From an uncultured delta proteobacterium (GTDB taxonomy: Bacteria; Myxococcota; Myxococcia; Myxococcales; Myxococcaceae), in assembly GCA_963776345.1 (NCBI GenBank), contig CAVZMH010000016.1, positions 640,001 to 704,000 of the forward strand: a stretch of DNA of 64,000 nt. Direction: 5' to 3'. Made by a program: the position numbers and the translations under genes. Shown in pieces: positions 1 to 8,975 of this stretch; position 1 is the first letter of the stretch, and each line of letters starts with the position of its first letter. The notes under the pieces are model-generated. The model worked only from the letters and a program-made list of their open reading frames with translations. It had not been told where the DNA came from and did not search any database.

Positions 1-2
1 CG

Positions 3-1052
3 CTCGGGGACATCGCCGCGAAGTGGGTGCACCCGGCGGAGGATCCGCTGTTCGCCGCGCAGGACATGTCGCTCGGCGAGGAGGAGTCGGGTCTCCTGGC
101 GCTCATGGACGGGAGCCGGACGGTGCGAGAGCTCCGCCGCCGGGGTCCGCTGTCCCCGCTGGACACCGACCGGTTCCTGTACGCGCTCCTCGCCTCCCAG
201 ATGGTGGAGCTGCGGACCGAGCGCCGGACCGGGCCTGCTCTGCCCCGGATCACCGCCGCCGCGGCGCCGGCCCCGGGCGACCAACCCTGGGACGACGAGG
301 AGGAGGTCCTGGAGCTCGAGGACGAGGTCCCGGCGACGGACGACGAGGGACACCTCCGCGAGCGGCTCCTCGGGACGCTCGCCGCCATGCGCCGGATGGA
401 CTACTTCGAGCTCCTCGGGCTCGCCCCGGACGCTCCGGCGCACACGGTGCGCTCCGCCGCGGTGGAGCTCCTGCGCGAGTACCGGGTGGACGACGCCGCC
501 GGCTCGGCCGAGGTGCAGGGGCTGGTGCAGCAGATCACCGAGCTGGTGGGGAAGGCGCACGACACGCTGGCGGACCCGGGCGCACGCGCCCGCTACCGGA
601 CGGAGCTGCGCGACGGCGGCGTCAAGCACGAGGTGGGCGACGCCGTGGGCCGGATGCTGGAGGCCGAGAGCGCCTTCCGGACCGGCGAGCAGCTCCTCGC
701 CGGGGGTGACCTGCCGGGAGCGCACGCGGCGTTCGCCGAGGCGGCGCGGCTCCAGCCCGAGGAGGGGGAGTTCCTGGCCCTGCTCGGGTGGACCACCCAC
801 GCCCGGGCTCCGGCCGACGGGGACGCCGCCCGTCAGGCGCTGACGCTTCTCGGCGGGGCGGTGGAGAGGAGCCCGGCCCTGGACCGGGCCCACCTGTACA
901 AGGGGCACATCCACAAGGCGCTCGGCCAGACGGCGGAGGCGCAGGGCGAGTACGAGAAGGCCGTGGAGTGCAACCCGGGATGCACCGAGGCGCTCCGCGA
1001 GCTGAGCATCCTGACCTGGGCGGCGCGGCTCTCCCAGCAGAAGACGTCCTGA
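3..1052 (+). CDS. 5'-truncated signalling protein with J-domain-like segment and C-terminal TPRs
   Basis: Frame is open back to the window start. Contains DYFELLGL...AHDTLADP..R.RY (J-domain-like, HPD replaced by RVD) and TPR helices (AHLYKGHIHKALGQTAEAQGEYEKAVECNP). Confidence 0.7.
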   Translation, partial: LGDIAAKWVHPAEDPLFAAQDMSLGEEESGLLALMDGSRTVRELRRRGPLSPLDTDRFLYALLASQMVELRTERRTGPALPRITAAAAPAPGDQPWDDEEEVLELEDEVPATDDEGHLRERLLGTLAAMRRMDYFELLGLAPDAPAHTVRSAAVELLREYRVDDAAGSAEVQGLVQQITELVGKAHDTLADPGARARYRTELRDGGVKHEVGDAVGRMLEAESAFRTGEQLLAGGDLPGAHAAFAEAARLQPEEGEFLALLGWTTHARAPADGDAARQALTLLGGAVERSPALDRAHLYKGHIHKALGQTAEAQGEYEKAVECNPGCTEALRELSILTWAARLSQQKTS

Positions 1053-1099
1053 AAGCCCTTTGACTGCGGGCCCCGCAGCGTGCGGAGGTTGGCCCCGGC

Positions 1100-2047
1100 A
1101 TGAGCTCGACCTCCAACGCGGTCCTGACCGCAGACAGCATCTGGCTCGACGGGAAGGTCGTCCCCTGGGCCCAGGGACAGGTGCCGATCATGACCCATGC
1201 CCTGCACTACGGGCTGGGGGTCTTCGAGGGCATCCGCGCCTACCGCACCCACGACGGCCGGCTGGCGGTGTTCCGGCTCCGCGAGCACATGAAGCGCTTC
1301 GCGGACTCCTGCCACATCATCCAGCTGTCGCTCCCCTACACCGAGGAGCAGCTCTGCGAGGCGTGCCTGGAGGTGCTCCGGGCCCAGCGGCAGCGCTTCG
1401 CCAACGGCGCCTACCTCCGGCCGATCGCCTTCATGGGCGACGGGGCGATGGGGCTCGGGGCGGTGAACCCGACGCGGGTGGCGATCACCGCCTGGGACTG
1501 GGGCGCGTACCTCGGCGACAAGGGGATGCGCGAGGGGATCCGGGCGAAGGTCTCGAGCTTCACCCGCATGCACGTCAACGTGAACATGGTCCGGGGGAAG
1601 ATCACCGGCCAGTACGTGAACAGCATCCTCGCCAAGCGCGAGGCGGTGCAGGCCGGCTACGACGAGGCCATCCTGCTCGACATTTCGGGCTTCGTGTCCG
1701 AGGCGTCGGGCGAGAACGTCTTCATGGTGAACAAGAAGGACATCGTGCGGACGCCGCCGCTGTCCTCGCCCATCCTGGCCGGCATCACCCGGCGAACGGT
1801 GCTCCGGATGCTGCGGGACATGGGGCACCCGGTGGAGGAGGTCACCTTCACCCGCGACGCCCTGTACATCTCCAACGAGGTGTTCTTCACCGGGACCGCG
1901 GCGGAGATCACCCCGGTGCGCGAGGTGGACAACCGGCGGATCGGCACCGGGGCGCCGGGGCCGGTCGTGCGGAAGGTGCAGGAGGCGTACTTCCGCGTCG
2001 TCCGGGGGCAGGAGCCCCGTTACGCGGAGTGGCTCACCTACGTCTGA
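1100..2047 (+). CDS. ilvE: Branched-chain amino acid aminotransferase
   Basis: Motifs HALHYGLGVFEGIRAY, YLRP, K(ITGQY)VNS, EASGENVF, ILAGITR, FTGTAAEITPV. Confidence 0.95.
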   Translation: MSSTSNAVLTADSIWLDGKVVPWAQGQVPIMTHALHYGLGVFEGIRAYRTHDGRLAVFRLREHMKRFADSCHIIQLSLPYTEEQLCEACLEVLRAQRQRFANGAYLRPIAFMGDGAMGLGAVNPTRVAITAWDWGAYLGDKGMREGIRAKVSSFTRMHVNVNMVRGKITGQYVNSILAKREAVQAGYDEAILLDISGFVSEASGENVFMVNKKDIVRTPPLSSPILAGITRRTVLRMLRDMGHPVEEVTFTRDALYISNEVFFTGTAAEITPVREVDNRRIGTGAPGPVVRKVQEAYFRVVRGQEPRYAEWLTYV

Positions 2048-2149
2048 ACCCCGGCCACCCCGGCCCGAGGGGGCGGCCTGAGGTCGAGCCCGGCGCGCCT
2101 CGCCCCGCCCGCGAGCCGTCCGGCGAGCGCCTGGACGAAGGAACGACCC

Positions 2150-2178
2150 TTGCACGGTGCACCTGGGACGATTAGCCT
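2150..2178 (+). promoter_or_regulatory. Putative sigma70 promoter for the Fic-like gene
   Basis: TTGCAC (2150-2155), 17 nt, TAGCCT (2173-2178), about 30 nt before the TTG start. Confidence 0.45.
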
Positions 2179-2208
2179 CCCTCGCCCTCTGTTTCGCGCC
2201 CGCCCCCC

Positions 2209-3042
2209 TTGAAGGAACGCTACCAGGACATCGACGACAAGAACGACGCGCTTCGGGAGCTCCTCGGCGAGCACCCGAAGGCGCCGGCGTTCATGGCGCG
2301 CTTCGAGCGGGCGTGGGTCTACCACGACAACGCGCTCGAGGGGGTGGTCTACAACGAGCAGGAGCTCGCCGCGGGGCTCGATCCGAGCGGCGCGCAGCCC
2401 GAGGCCTCGCTCCTCCCCGCGGTGCTGGACATCCGCAACCACAAGGCGGCCATCGACTACATCCGCGACGAGGCGCGGACCTCGGGCCGCAAGGCCTCCA
2501 CGGTTCCGATGGCCACGGTGAAGCGGATCCACGACCTCCTCCTGGGCAACACGCCGGAGGCGCAGGCGATGCGGGCGCAGCTGGAGCGGCGCGAGCGCAC
2601 GGAGAAGGAGCTGGCGAAGGAGCGCGAGCGGGCCGGGCTGCGGAAGGACATGCCGCTGCACCGCACCTACTTCCACGACATCGCGCAGCCGGCGAAGATC
2701 CAGAGCCTCCTGGACAAGCTGATCGAGTTCACCGGGACCACCGAGTTCCGCGAGTACCACCCCATCAAGCAGGCGGCGACGTTCCAGTTCCAGTTCCTCC
2801 AGGTGTTCCCGTTCAGCGAGCACTCGGGGAAGGTGTCGCGGATGACGTCGAACCTCATCCTCGCCCGGCACGGGTACCTGCCGTGCGTCATCCACTCCAT
2901 CGACCGGCAGCGGTACTACGAGTCGTTCCGGGGGACGCCGGCCTCGTTCCGGGTGCTGATGATGGACGCGATGGAGAACTCGCTGGACAACGGGCTGAAG
3001 TTCTTCCGCGATCAGGCGCGGCGCTACCGCGCCATCAATTGA
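2209..3042 (+). CDS. Fic/Fido-domain protein with degenerate active site
   Basis: HDNALEG resembles the inhibitory helix. FPFSEHSGKVSR occupies the HPFxDGNGRxxR position. Ends with ...RQRYY. Confidence 0.8.
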   Translation: MKERYQDIDDKNDALRELLGEHPKAPAFMARFERAWVYHDNALEGVVYNEQELAAGLDPSGAQPEASLLPAVLDIRNHKAAIDYIRDEARTSGRKASTVPMATVKRIHDLLLGNTPEAQAMRAQLERRERTEKELAKERERAGLRKDMPLHRTYFHDIAQPAKIQSLLDKLIEFTGTTEFREYHPIKQAATFQFQFLQVFPFSEHSGKVSRMTSNLILARHGYLPCVIHSIDRQRYYESFRGTPASFRVLMMDAMENSLDNGLKFFRDQARRYRAIN

Positions 3043-3177
3043 CCCACGGCGCGCAGCCCCCTCCCCGACGGGGGGGGCCATCGGCCGTCCGGCGGTCCTG
3101 GAAACAAAGAATCCAGCCCGTTATTCAAGGGGGGCTCCGGCTTCTCCATTCGTTGATCCGGAAGTAAAAGGCCGCCC

Positions 3178-4302
3178 ATGCCGTCTGCTTCATCCTCCTC
3201 GAGCCGCTCCAAGGCCGAGGACCCTCCCAGTCCGGAACGCGCGCTCGCCGAGCTGCCGGTCAGGACCAAGCTCGACGGGCTGCTGAAGCTGGCGCGGGGG
3301 CGCCGGCGGGTGTTGGTCCTGACCCACGACAACCCGGACCCGGACAGCATCGCCGCGGCGGTGGCGCTGGCCTTCCTGCTCGAGAAGCGGGCCGGGGTGG
3401 AGGCCCGGGTGGTGTACGGGGGCATCATCGGCCGGTCCGAGAACCTCGCCCTGGTGAAGGTGCTGCGGCTCCCCATCGTCCCGGTGAGCCAGGTGGTGTT
3501 CGACGAGCACGACCTCCTGGCGCTGGTGGACACGCAACCGCCGGTGGGGAACCACTCGGTGCCGGCACGCTACCCGGTGGAGGTGGTGCTCGATCACCAT
3601 CCCCTGCGCGACGAGAGCCTCGGAGCGCCCTTCGCCGACGTCGGCGGGGAGTACGGGGCCACCTCCACGATGGTGGTGGAGTACCTGCGCGCGGCGAAGC
3701 TCGAGCCGTCGGTGGAGGTGGCGACCGCCCTGTTCTACGGCATCAAGACCGACAGCCGCGACCTGGGGCGGCAGACGACGCCGGCGGACATCGACGCGTA
3801 CCTCTGGCTGTTCCCGCGGGTGGACAAGCATCTGCTCGGGCGCATCGAGCATCCGGACCTGCCGGCGGAGTACTTCCTGCTGTACCACTCGGCCATCGCC
3901 CGGGCCCGGCTGTACGGACCGACCGTGGTGACGGTGGATCTGGGCGAGGTCTACTCGCCGGACATGGTGGCCGAGGTGGCGGAGCGGCTCAGCTTCCTCG
4001 AGGGGATGAAGTGGTCGCTGGCGATGGGGACCTTCCGCGGGCAGCTCTACACCTCACTGCGGGTGCGCGACCGCCGGATGAACGCCGGGCGGCTGATGCG
4101 GGACATCTGCGAGAACCGCGGCGGGTCGGCCGGCGGTCACGGGAGCATGGCTGGCGCGCGGCTCCCGCTACCGCCCGGGCGCGAGAAGGCGGCGGCGCTG
4201 CGCCGTGAGCTCACCCTCGCCTTCCTCGAGGCGTTCGGGGTGAAGGGCGAGCGGCCGCGGGCGCTGCTGCTGGCCGGGAAGACCGCCGCCTTCGAGCGGT
4301 GA
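3178..4302 (+). CDS. DHH/DHHA1 family phosphoesterase (NrnA-like)
   Basis: Motifs HDNPDPDS, VDTQ, LDHH, IKTDS, AGGH. Confidence 0.9.
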   Translation: MPSASSSSSRSKAEDPPSPERALAELPVRTKLDGLLKLARGRRRVLVLTHDNPDPDSIAAAVALAFLLEKRAGVEARVVYGGIIGRSENLALVKVLRLPIVPVSQVVFDEHDLLALVDTQPPVGNHSVPARYPVEVVLDHHPLRDESLGAPFADVGGEYGATSTMVVEYLRAAKLEPSVEVATALFYGIKTDSRDLGRQTTPADIDAYLWLFPRVDKHLLGRIEHPDLPAEYFLLYHSAIARARLYGPTVVTVDLGEVYSPDMVAEVAERLSFLEGMKWSLAMGTFRGQLYTSLRVRDRRMNAGRLMRDICENRGGSAGGHGSMAGARLPLPPGREKAAALRRELTLAFLEAFGVKGERPRALLLAGKTAAFER

Positions 4303-5387
4303 CCTACCTCGACCACAACGCCGGCACGCCGCTGCACCCCGAGGTCGCGGACTTCCTCGCCGCCGCCTTCCGGCGCGAGCCGGCGGGCAATCCGAGCAGC
4401 GTGCACGGGGCGGGCAGGGCGGCGCGGGCGCGGCTGGACGAGGCGCGGGCCCGGGTGGCCCGGATCCTCGGCCACTCTCCGCGGGAGATCCTCTTCACCG
4501 CCTCGGGCTCGGAGGCCTGCGCCACGGCGGTGCTCGGGCTCGGGCAGAACGGGGCGCTGGTCACCAGCGCCATCGAGCACCCGTGCGTGCTGCTCGCCGC
4601 CGGGCGGCGGGGGACACCGGTGGTGACGGTGTCACCCGGGGCGGATGGGCGCGTCCCGCCGGGCGCGTTCGAGGCGGCGCTGGCGGCCGGCGGGGCGGCG
4701 CTGTGCGCGCTGCAGGGCGCGAACAACGAGACCGGGGTGGTGCAGCCGGTCGACGAGGTGGCGGGGCTGGCGCGGGCGCGCGGGGTGGCGAGCTTCGTGG
4801 ACGCGGTGCAGGTCCCCGGGCGGCTGCCGCCGGTGTTCGAGGCGGACGCGGTGGCGTACTCGGCGCACAAGTTCGGAGGACCGGCCGGGGTGGGCGTGCT
4901 CGCGGTGCGGCGGGGGCAAAAGCTCGCACCGCTGGTGCCGGGGCACCAGGAGGCCGGTCTCCGGGGAGGGACGCTGTCGGTGGTCCTGTGCCAGGCGGCG
5001 GCGCTGGCGCTGGAGCTGGCGGAGGCGGAGCGGTCGAGCGAGGCGACGCGGCTGGCCGCGCTGCGAGACGGCTTCGAGCGGGCGCTGCAGGGGTTGCGCC
5101 CGGGGGTGCGGGTCCACGGGGCGGCGGCTCCGCGGCTGTGCAACACCAGCCAGGTGTGCTTTCCGGGGACGGACGCCGAGACGCTGCTCATCGCCCTGGA
5201 CCTGGAGGGGTTCCGCGTGTCGGTGGGGGCGGCGTGCGCCTCGGGGACGATGAGGGCCTCGCCGGTGCTGCTGGCGATGGGGGTGCTGCCTGCGGACGCG
5301 CGGAGCTCCATCCGCTTCTCGTTCGGGCGGGACACCACCGAGGCCGACCTGACCGCCCTCCTCCAGGCCCTCGATCGCGCCCTCTGA
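4299..5387 (+). CDS. iscS: Cysteine desulfurase (IscS/NifS family)
   Basis: Motifs YLDHNAGTP, GNPSSVH, NNETG, SAHKFGG, GAACASG. GTGA overlap with the DHH stop codon. Confidence 0.85.
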   Translation: MTYLDHNAGTPLHPEVADFLAAAFRREPAGNPSSVHGAGRAARARLDEARARVARILGHSPREILFTASGSEACATAVLGLGQNGALVTSAIEHPCVLLAAGRRGTPVVTVSPGADGRVPPGAFEAALAAGGAALCALQGANNETGVVQPVDEVAGLARARGVASFVDAVQVPGRLPPVFEADAVAYSAHKFGGPAGVGVLAVRRGQKLAPLVPGHQEAGLRGGTLSVVLCQAAALALELAEAERSSEATRLAALRDGFERALQGLRPGVRVHGAAAPRLCNTSQVCFPGTDAETLLIALDLEGFRVSVGAACASGTMRASPVLLAMGVLPADARSSIRFSFGRDTTEADLTALLQALDRAL

Positions 5388-5394
5388 GACTCGC

Positions 5395-6336
5395 TCAGCC
5401 GGCGGCGCCGAAGAGGCCGCGGACCACCGCGGCGATCGCCAGGGGCGTGCCGATGCGCTCGTCGCAGTGGGGCTCGAGCGCCTCCGCGAACGCCGCCGCG
5501 GTGGGGAACCGCGACCGGGGGTCCGCCGCCAGCGCGCGGTCCACCACCGCCGCGAGCCCGGCGCTCACCTCCGGCCGGCGCTCCCGCACCCCGGCCCGCC
5601 GCCCCGTCCGGATCGCGCCGAAGACCTCCTGCGGGCTTCCTCCCTGGAAGGGCCGCTCGAGCGTCAGCAGCTCGAACGCCACCACCGCCGTCGCCCACAG
5701 GTCCACCGCCTGGGTCACCTCACCGGCCGTCGCCTCCGGCGAGAGGTAGTAGGGCTTGCCGGCGATCACCGCGTCGCGCACTCCCGACTTCACCCGGACC
5801 CGCGCCACGCCGAAGTCGCCGAGCTTCACCTCGCCGACCCGGGAGATGAAGACGTTGGACGGCGAGACGTCGCAGTGCACGAGGTGCAGCGGCGTCCCGC
5901 TCGCGCTCTCGGCCCGGTGCGCATAGTCGAGCGCCTCGAGCAGCACCCGGGTGAGGTAGACCGCGAAGTCGATGGGCAGGGCGATCCCCTGCTTGCGGCA
6001 GCGGCGCAGCACCTGGCCGAGATCGCGGCCGTCCACCCACTCCATGGCCAGGTAGGCCACGCCTCCGATGGAGCCCACGTCGATGGTCTGGACGATGTTG
6101 GGGTGCCGGAGCGCGATGGACAGCTCGGCCTCCCGGGCGAAGAGCTGCACGTACTCCGGCGCCCGGGCCAGCTGGGGGAGCAGCCGCTTGATGGCGACCT
6201 GGGTCCCCGCCCAGGGCCCGTCCAGGGTCCGCGCGCGCACCACCTCCGCCATGCCGCCCTTCCCCAGCGGAGCGAGGATCTCGTAGTGCCCGAACCGCGC
6301 GCCGGACGACCAGAGGACGACCTCGGACGGCTTCAC
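5395..6336 (-). CDS. Cytoplasmic Hanks-type Ser/Thr protein kinase (313 aa)
   Basis: Motifs LGKGGMAEV, VAIK, HCDVSPSN, DFG, GKPYYLSPE. Start revised to GTG 6336, which overlaps the upstream TGA and follows a GAGGAG SD. Confidence 0.9.
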   Translation of the reverse strand: MKPSEVVLWSSGARFGHYEILAPLGKGGMAEVVRARTLDGPWAGTQVAIKRLLPQLARAPEYVQLFAREAELSIALRHPNIVQTIDVGSIGGVAYLAMEWVDGRDLGQVLRRCRKQGIALPIDFAVYLTRVLLEALDYAHRAESASGTPLHLVHCDVSPSNVFISRVGEVKLGDFGVARVRVKSGVRDAVIAGKPYYLSPEATAGEVTQAVDLWATAVVAFELLTLERPFQGGSPQEVFGAIRTGRRAGVRERRPEVSAGLAAVVDRALAADPRSRFPTAAAFAEALEPHCDERIGTPLAIAAVVRGLFGAAG

Positions 6337-7148
6337 CGTCGCCGCTCCTCGTTGGTCTTGGTCCGGACGAGCAACCCCGAGAACCGCGGATCGCCGCGCA
6401 GCGGCGCCAGGTCCGGGTCGTGCAGCAGATCGGCCGACGCCGCGAAGCCCCGGTCGATCGAGTCGCTCAGGCTCGCCAGCGCCTCGTCGACGTGCCCGAG
6501 TCTCGCCTGCGCGCAGGCGAGGTTGTAGGAGAGGAGGACGCCCGGAGCGAAGGACCGCGCCTTCTCGTACGCCGCCACCGCCCCCGCGGCGTCGCCCAGC
6601 AGCACCGACGAGAGCCCCAGCCCCAGCCACGCCTTCCCCGGGTCCTCCTTGGCCGCGAGCGCCTTCTGGAACTCGGCCTGGGCCGCCTTCCCCCGGCGGA
6701 GCTGGAGCAGCTTCTCGCCCGCCTCGAGGTGGTGGGTGAGGGGCGGCCGGCCGGCCGGCTCGGCGAGCGGGGCGAGGATCAACCGCCCTCGCTCCAGGCC
6801 TGGCGATTCACAACCCGGCACCAGAGGAACGTCGGCGACCACCGTGCCGTTCGCCCCCACGTGGACCCCGAGGTAGGGGACGGTGCGCTCTCCGCAAGTC
6901 GTACAGAGCGTCAGCCGGCCGACCAGCACGTCGCCCTCCCAGGCCGCGTCCACCACCGCTCGCCCGGACTCGAAGCCGCAGGGGTTCGACTCGCCCGCCC
7001 GCCCGAGCACGTGCTCGTTCACCGCCTGCCAGCTCAGGACTCCCTTGCTGCCCCACCGCGCGCGCGAGGCGAGCAGGGGCACGGCCCCGCGCGCCGGTCC
7101 GGCACCGAGCACTGCACAGAGCGTGGTGGCGAGCAGGGACCGGGTCAC
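6333..7148 (-). CDS. Secreted TPR-repeat protein
   Basis: Signal-peptide-like N-terminus (MTRSLLATTLCAVLGAGPARG). C-terminal TPRs with YNLACAQARLG...DPDLAPLRGDPRF. Confidence 0.7.
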   Translation of the reverse strand: MTRSLLATTLCAVLGAGPARGAVPLLASRARWGSKGVLSWQAVNEHVLGRAGESNPCGFESGRAVVDAAWEGDVLVGRLTLCTTCGERTVPYLGVHVGANGTVVADVPLVPGCESPGLERGRLILAPLAEPAGRPPLTHHLEAGEKLLQLRRGKAAQAEFQKALAAKEDPGKAWLGLGLSSVLLGDAAGAVAAYEKARSFAPGVLLSYNLACAQARLGHVDEALASLSDSIDRGFAASADLLHDPDLAPLRGDPRFSGLLVRTKTNEERRR

Positions 7149-7228
7149 AGGACTTGGATCTCGACGATGCTGGCACGAGCGCCGCAGCCGATGCCAGCCA
7201 CGGGCGGGAAGAGAGGCTCCAGGTTCCC

Positions 7229-7257
7229 TTGACCCCCCTCGGGGCCGTCCTTATTGT
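7229..7257 (+). promoter_or_regulatory. sigma70 promoter for ssrS-ygfA-ymdB
   Basis: TTGACC (7229-7234), 17 nt, TATTGT (7252-7257). Confidence 0.65.
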
Positions 7258-7296
7258 CGACGGCGACCGGTCGGAGGCCGGAACCCTTGCGAGCTT

Positions 7297-7497
7297 GTCC
7301 CCTGCGGGGTGCGTGATGTGCAGCAGAAATTCGAACCGATACGTCCATTCCGGGGGCCGTACCGGGGTTCCATGCGTCAGGCCCGGGGCGGCCGGCACCC
7401 GCCGACTCCCCGGGAGACCTACGGCACCTCACCTCGGCTCCCACCTGGCTCAACTGGGTTCAATGGACGCTGCGCACACGGCCCAGCGGCGGGGGAC
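7297..7497 (+). ncRNA. ssrS: 6S RNA
   Basis: About 200-nt rod. GTCCCCTGC pairs with GCGGGGGAC, GTGCAGC with GCTGCGC, and TCGAACC with GGTTCAA. It lies directly upstream of ygfA, the classic 6S synteny. Confidence 0.85.
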
Positions 7498-7541
7498 GTT
7501 TTTTCTGGAGAGGTGAGAGGCTGGCGACGAACGGGCGGGAG

Positions 7542-8156
7542 ATGGGAAGGGACGAGGGGGCACTGCGCAAGGCCACGCTCCGCGAGCAGCTCACCGCCCG
7601 CCGGAAGGCGCTCAGCGCCGAGCTGGTCGACACCCGGGGCCTGAAGATCCAGGCGCGATTCCTGGCGACCCCCTACTACCACCACGCCCGGACCGTCGCG
7701 CTCTACGCGCCGATCCGGGGCGAAGTTCCGACCCATGACATCTTCGCCGCTGGCCTCGCCGACGGGAAGGTGATCTGTTACCCGCTGAGCCACGTGCGTG
7801 GGCGGGTCCTCTCGTTCCGTGCGGTCCGGAGCGAGGGCGAGCTCGAGCCCGGCCGCCTGGGAGTGCGCGAGCCCGCCGACGCCGCGGAGCTCGTCCCGGT
7901 GGAGCAGATCGATCTCTTCGTCGTGCCCGGCCTCGGGTTCACGCCGGACGGCAAGCGCCTCGGCCGCGGCGGCGGGTACTACGACGCGACGCTGAAGGCA
8001 GGCAGCACCTCCAGCCGCCGGGTGGGGCTCGCCTTCGCCGAGCAGATGGTCGACGAGCTCCCGACCAACGAGGACGACGTCGACGTCGACCTGGTGGTCA
8101 CCGAGAACGAGGTCTTCCGCGGCCTGGCCCGGCCCCCCGGGTTCGCGGCCAGGTGA
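7542..8156 (+). CDS. ygfA: 5-formyltetrahydrofolate cyclo-ligase
   Basis: K..LR N-terminus, VPGLGF...G.RLGRGGGYYD, D.VVTE. Confidence 0.92.
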   Translation: MGRDEGALRKATLREQLTARRKALSAELVDTRGLKIQARFLATPYYHHARTVALYAPIRGEVPTHDIFAAGLADGKVICYPLSHVRGRVLSFRAVRSEGELEPGRLGVREPADAAELVPVEQIDLFVVPGLGFTPDGKRLGRGGGYYDATLKAGSTSSRRVGLAFAEQMVDELPTNEDDVDVDLVVTENEVFRGLARPPGFAAR

Positions 8157-8944
8157 TCGTCCTCTTCCTGGGCGACGTGGTGGGCAAGCCCGGGGTGCTC
8201 GCCGTCCGCACCCTCCTGCCCCGGCTCATCGCCCGGCACGAGGTCGACCTGGTGGTCGCCAACGCCGAGAACTCCGAGGGCGGGGCCGGCATCTCCGCCG
8301 AGTCCGCCGAGGCGCTGCTCCGGGCTGAGGTCAACCTCCTCACCTCAGGGAACCACTTCTGGACCAAGCGCCAGATCCTCCCCTGGGTGGAGGCGCATCC
8401 GGAGCTCCTGCTCCGGCCGGCCAACTACCCGGAAGGGAGCCCCGGTCGGGGGCACACGGTCATCGCCACGCCCGACGGCCGGAAGCTGGGGGTGCTGAAC
8501 CTCGAGGGCCGGGTCTTCATGAAGAACCTCGACGACCCGTTCCGGCTGGGCGAGCGGCTGGTGGCGGAGCTCCGCCGGACCACCCCGTGCATCCTGGTGG
8601 ACATGCACTGCGAGGCGAGCAGCGAGAAGAACGCCATGGGCGCCTGGCTCGACGGCAAGGTCTCGGCCGTGGTCGGGACGCACACCCACGTGCAGACCGC
8701 CGACGAGCGCATCCTCCCCGGAGGCACGGCCTTCATCACCGACGTGGGGATGTGCGGCCCGCTCGACTCGGTGATCGGCATCAAGAAGGAGCTGAGCATC
8801 GAGCGCTTCCTGACCCAGCGTCCCATCCACTACGAGGTGGCCAAGAACCTGGTCTACCTCCAGGGCGTGGTGCTCGACCTCGACGACGCCACCGGACGGG
8901 CCCGGAGCATCGCCCGGGTGCGGGAGCATCTTCCCGGGACGTGA
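8153..8944 (+). CDS. ymdB: YmdB/TIGR00282 metallophosphoesterase
   Basis: Motifs GDVVGKPG, NAEN, TSGNH, DMHCEASSEK, GTHTHVQTAD, TDVGMCGP. Confidence 0.92.
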   Translation: MIVLFLGDVVGKPGVLAVRTLLPRLIARHEVDLVVANAENSEGGAGISAESAEALLRAEVNLLTSGNHFWTKRQILPWVEAHPELLLRPANYPEGSPGRGHTVIATPDGRKLGVLNLEGRVFMKNLDDPFRLGERLVAELRRTTPCILVDMHCEASSEKNAMGAWLDGKVSAVVGTHTHVQTADERILPGGTAFITDVGMCGPLDSVIGIKKELSIERFLTQRPIHYEVAKNLVYLQGVVLDLDDATGRARSIARVREHLPGT

Positions 8945-8975
8945 CCCTCCCCCGCCGGCCTGGTAGGTGGGGCCG

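Noticed and set aside
7170..7186. sigma54-like CTGGCACG-N-CCGCA upstream of 6S
   Set aside because: The -12 element is poor (CCGC rather than TTGC), the site is part of a GC hairpin, and a good sigma70 promoter is present.
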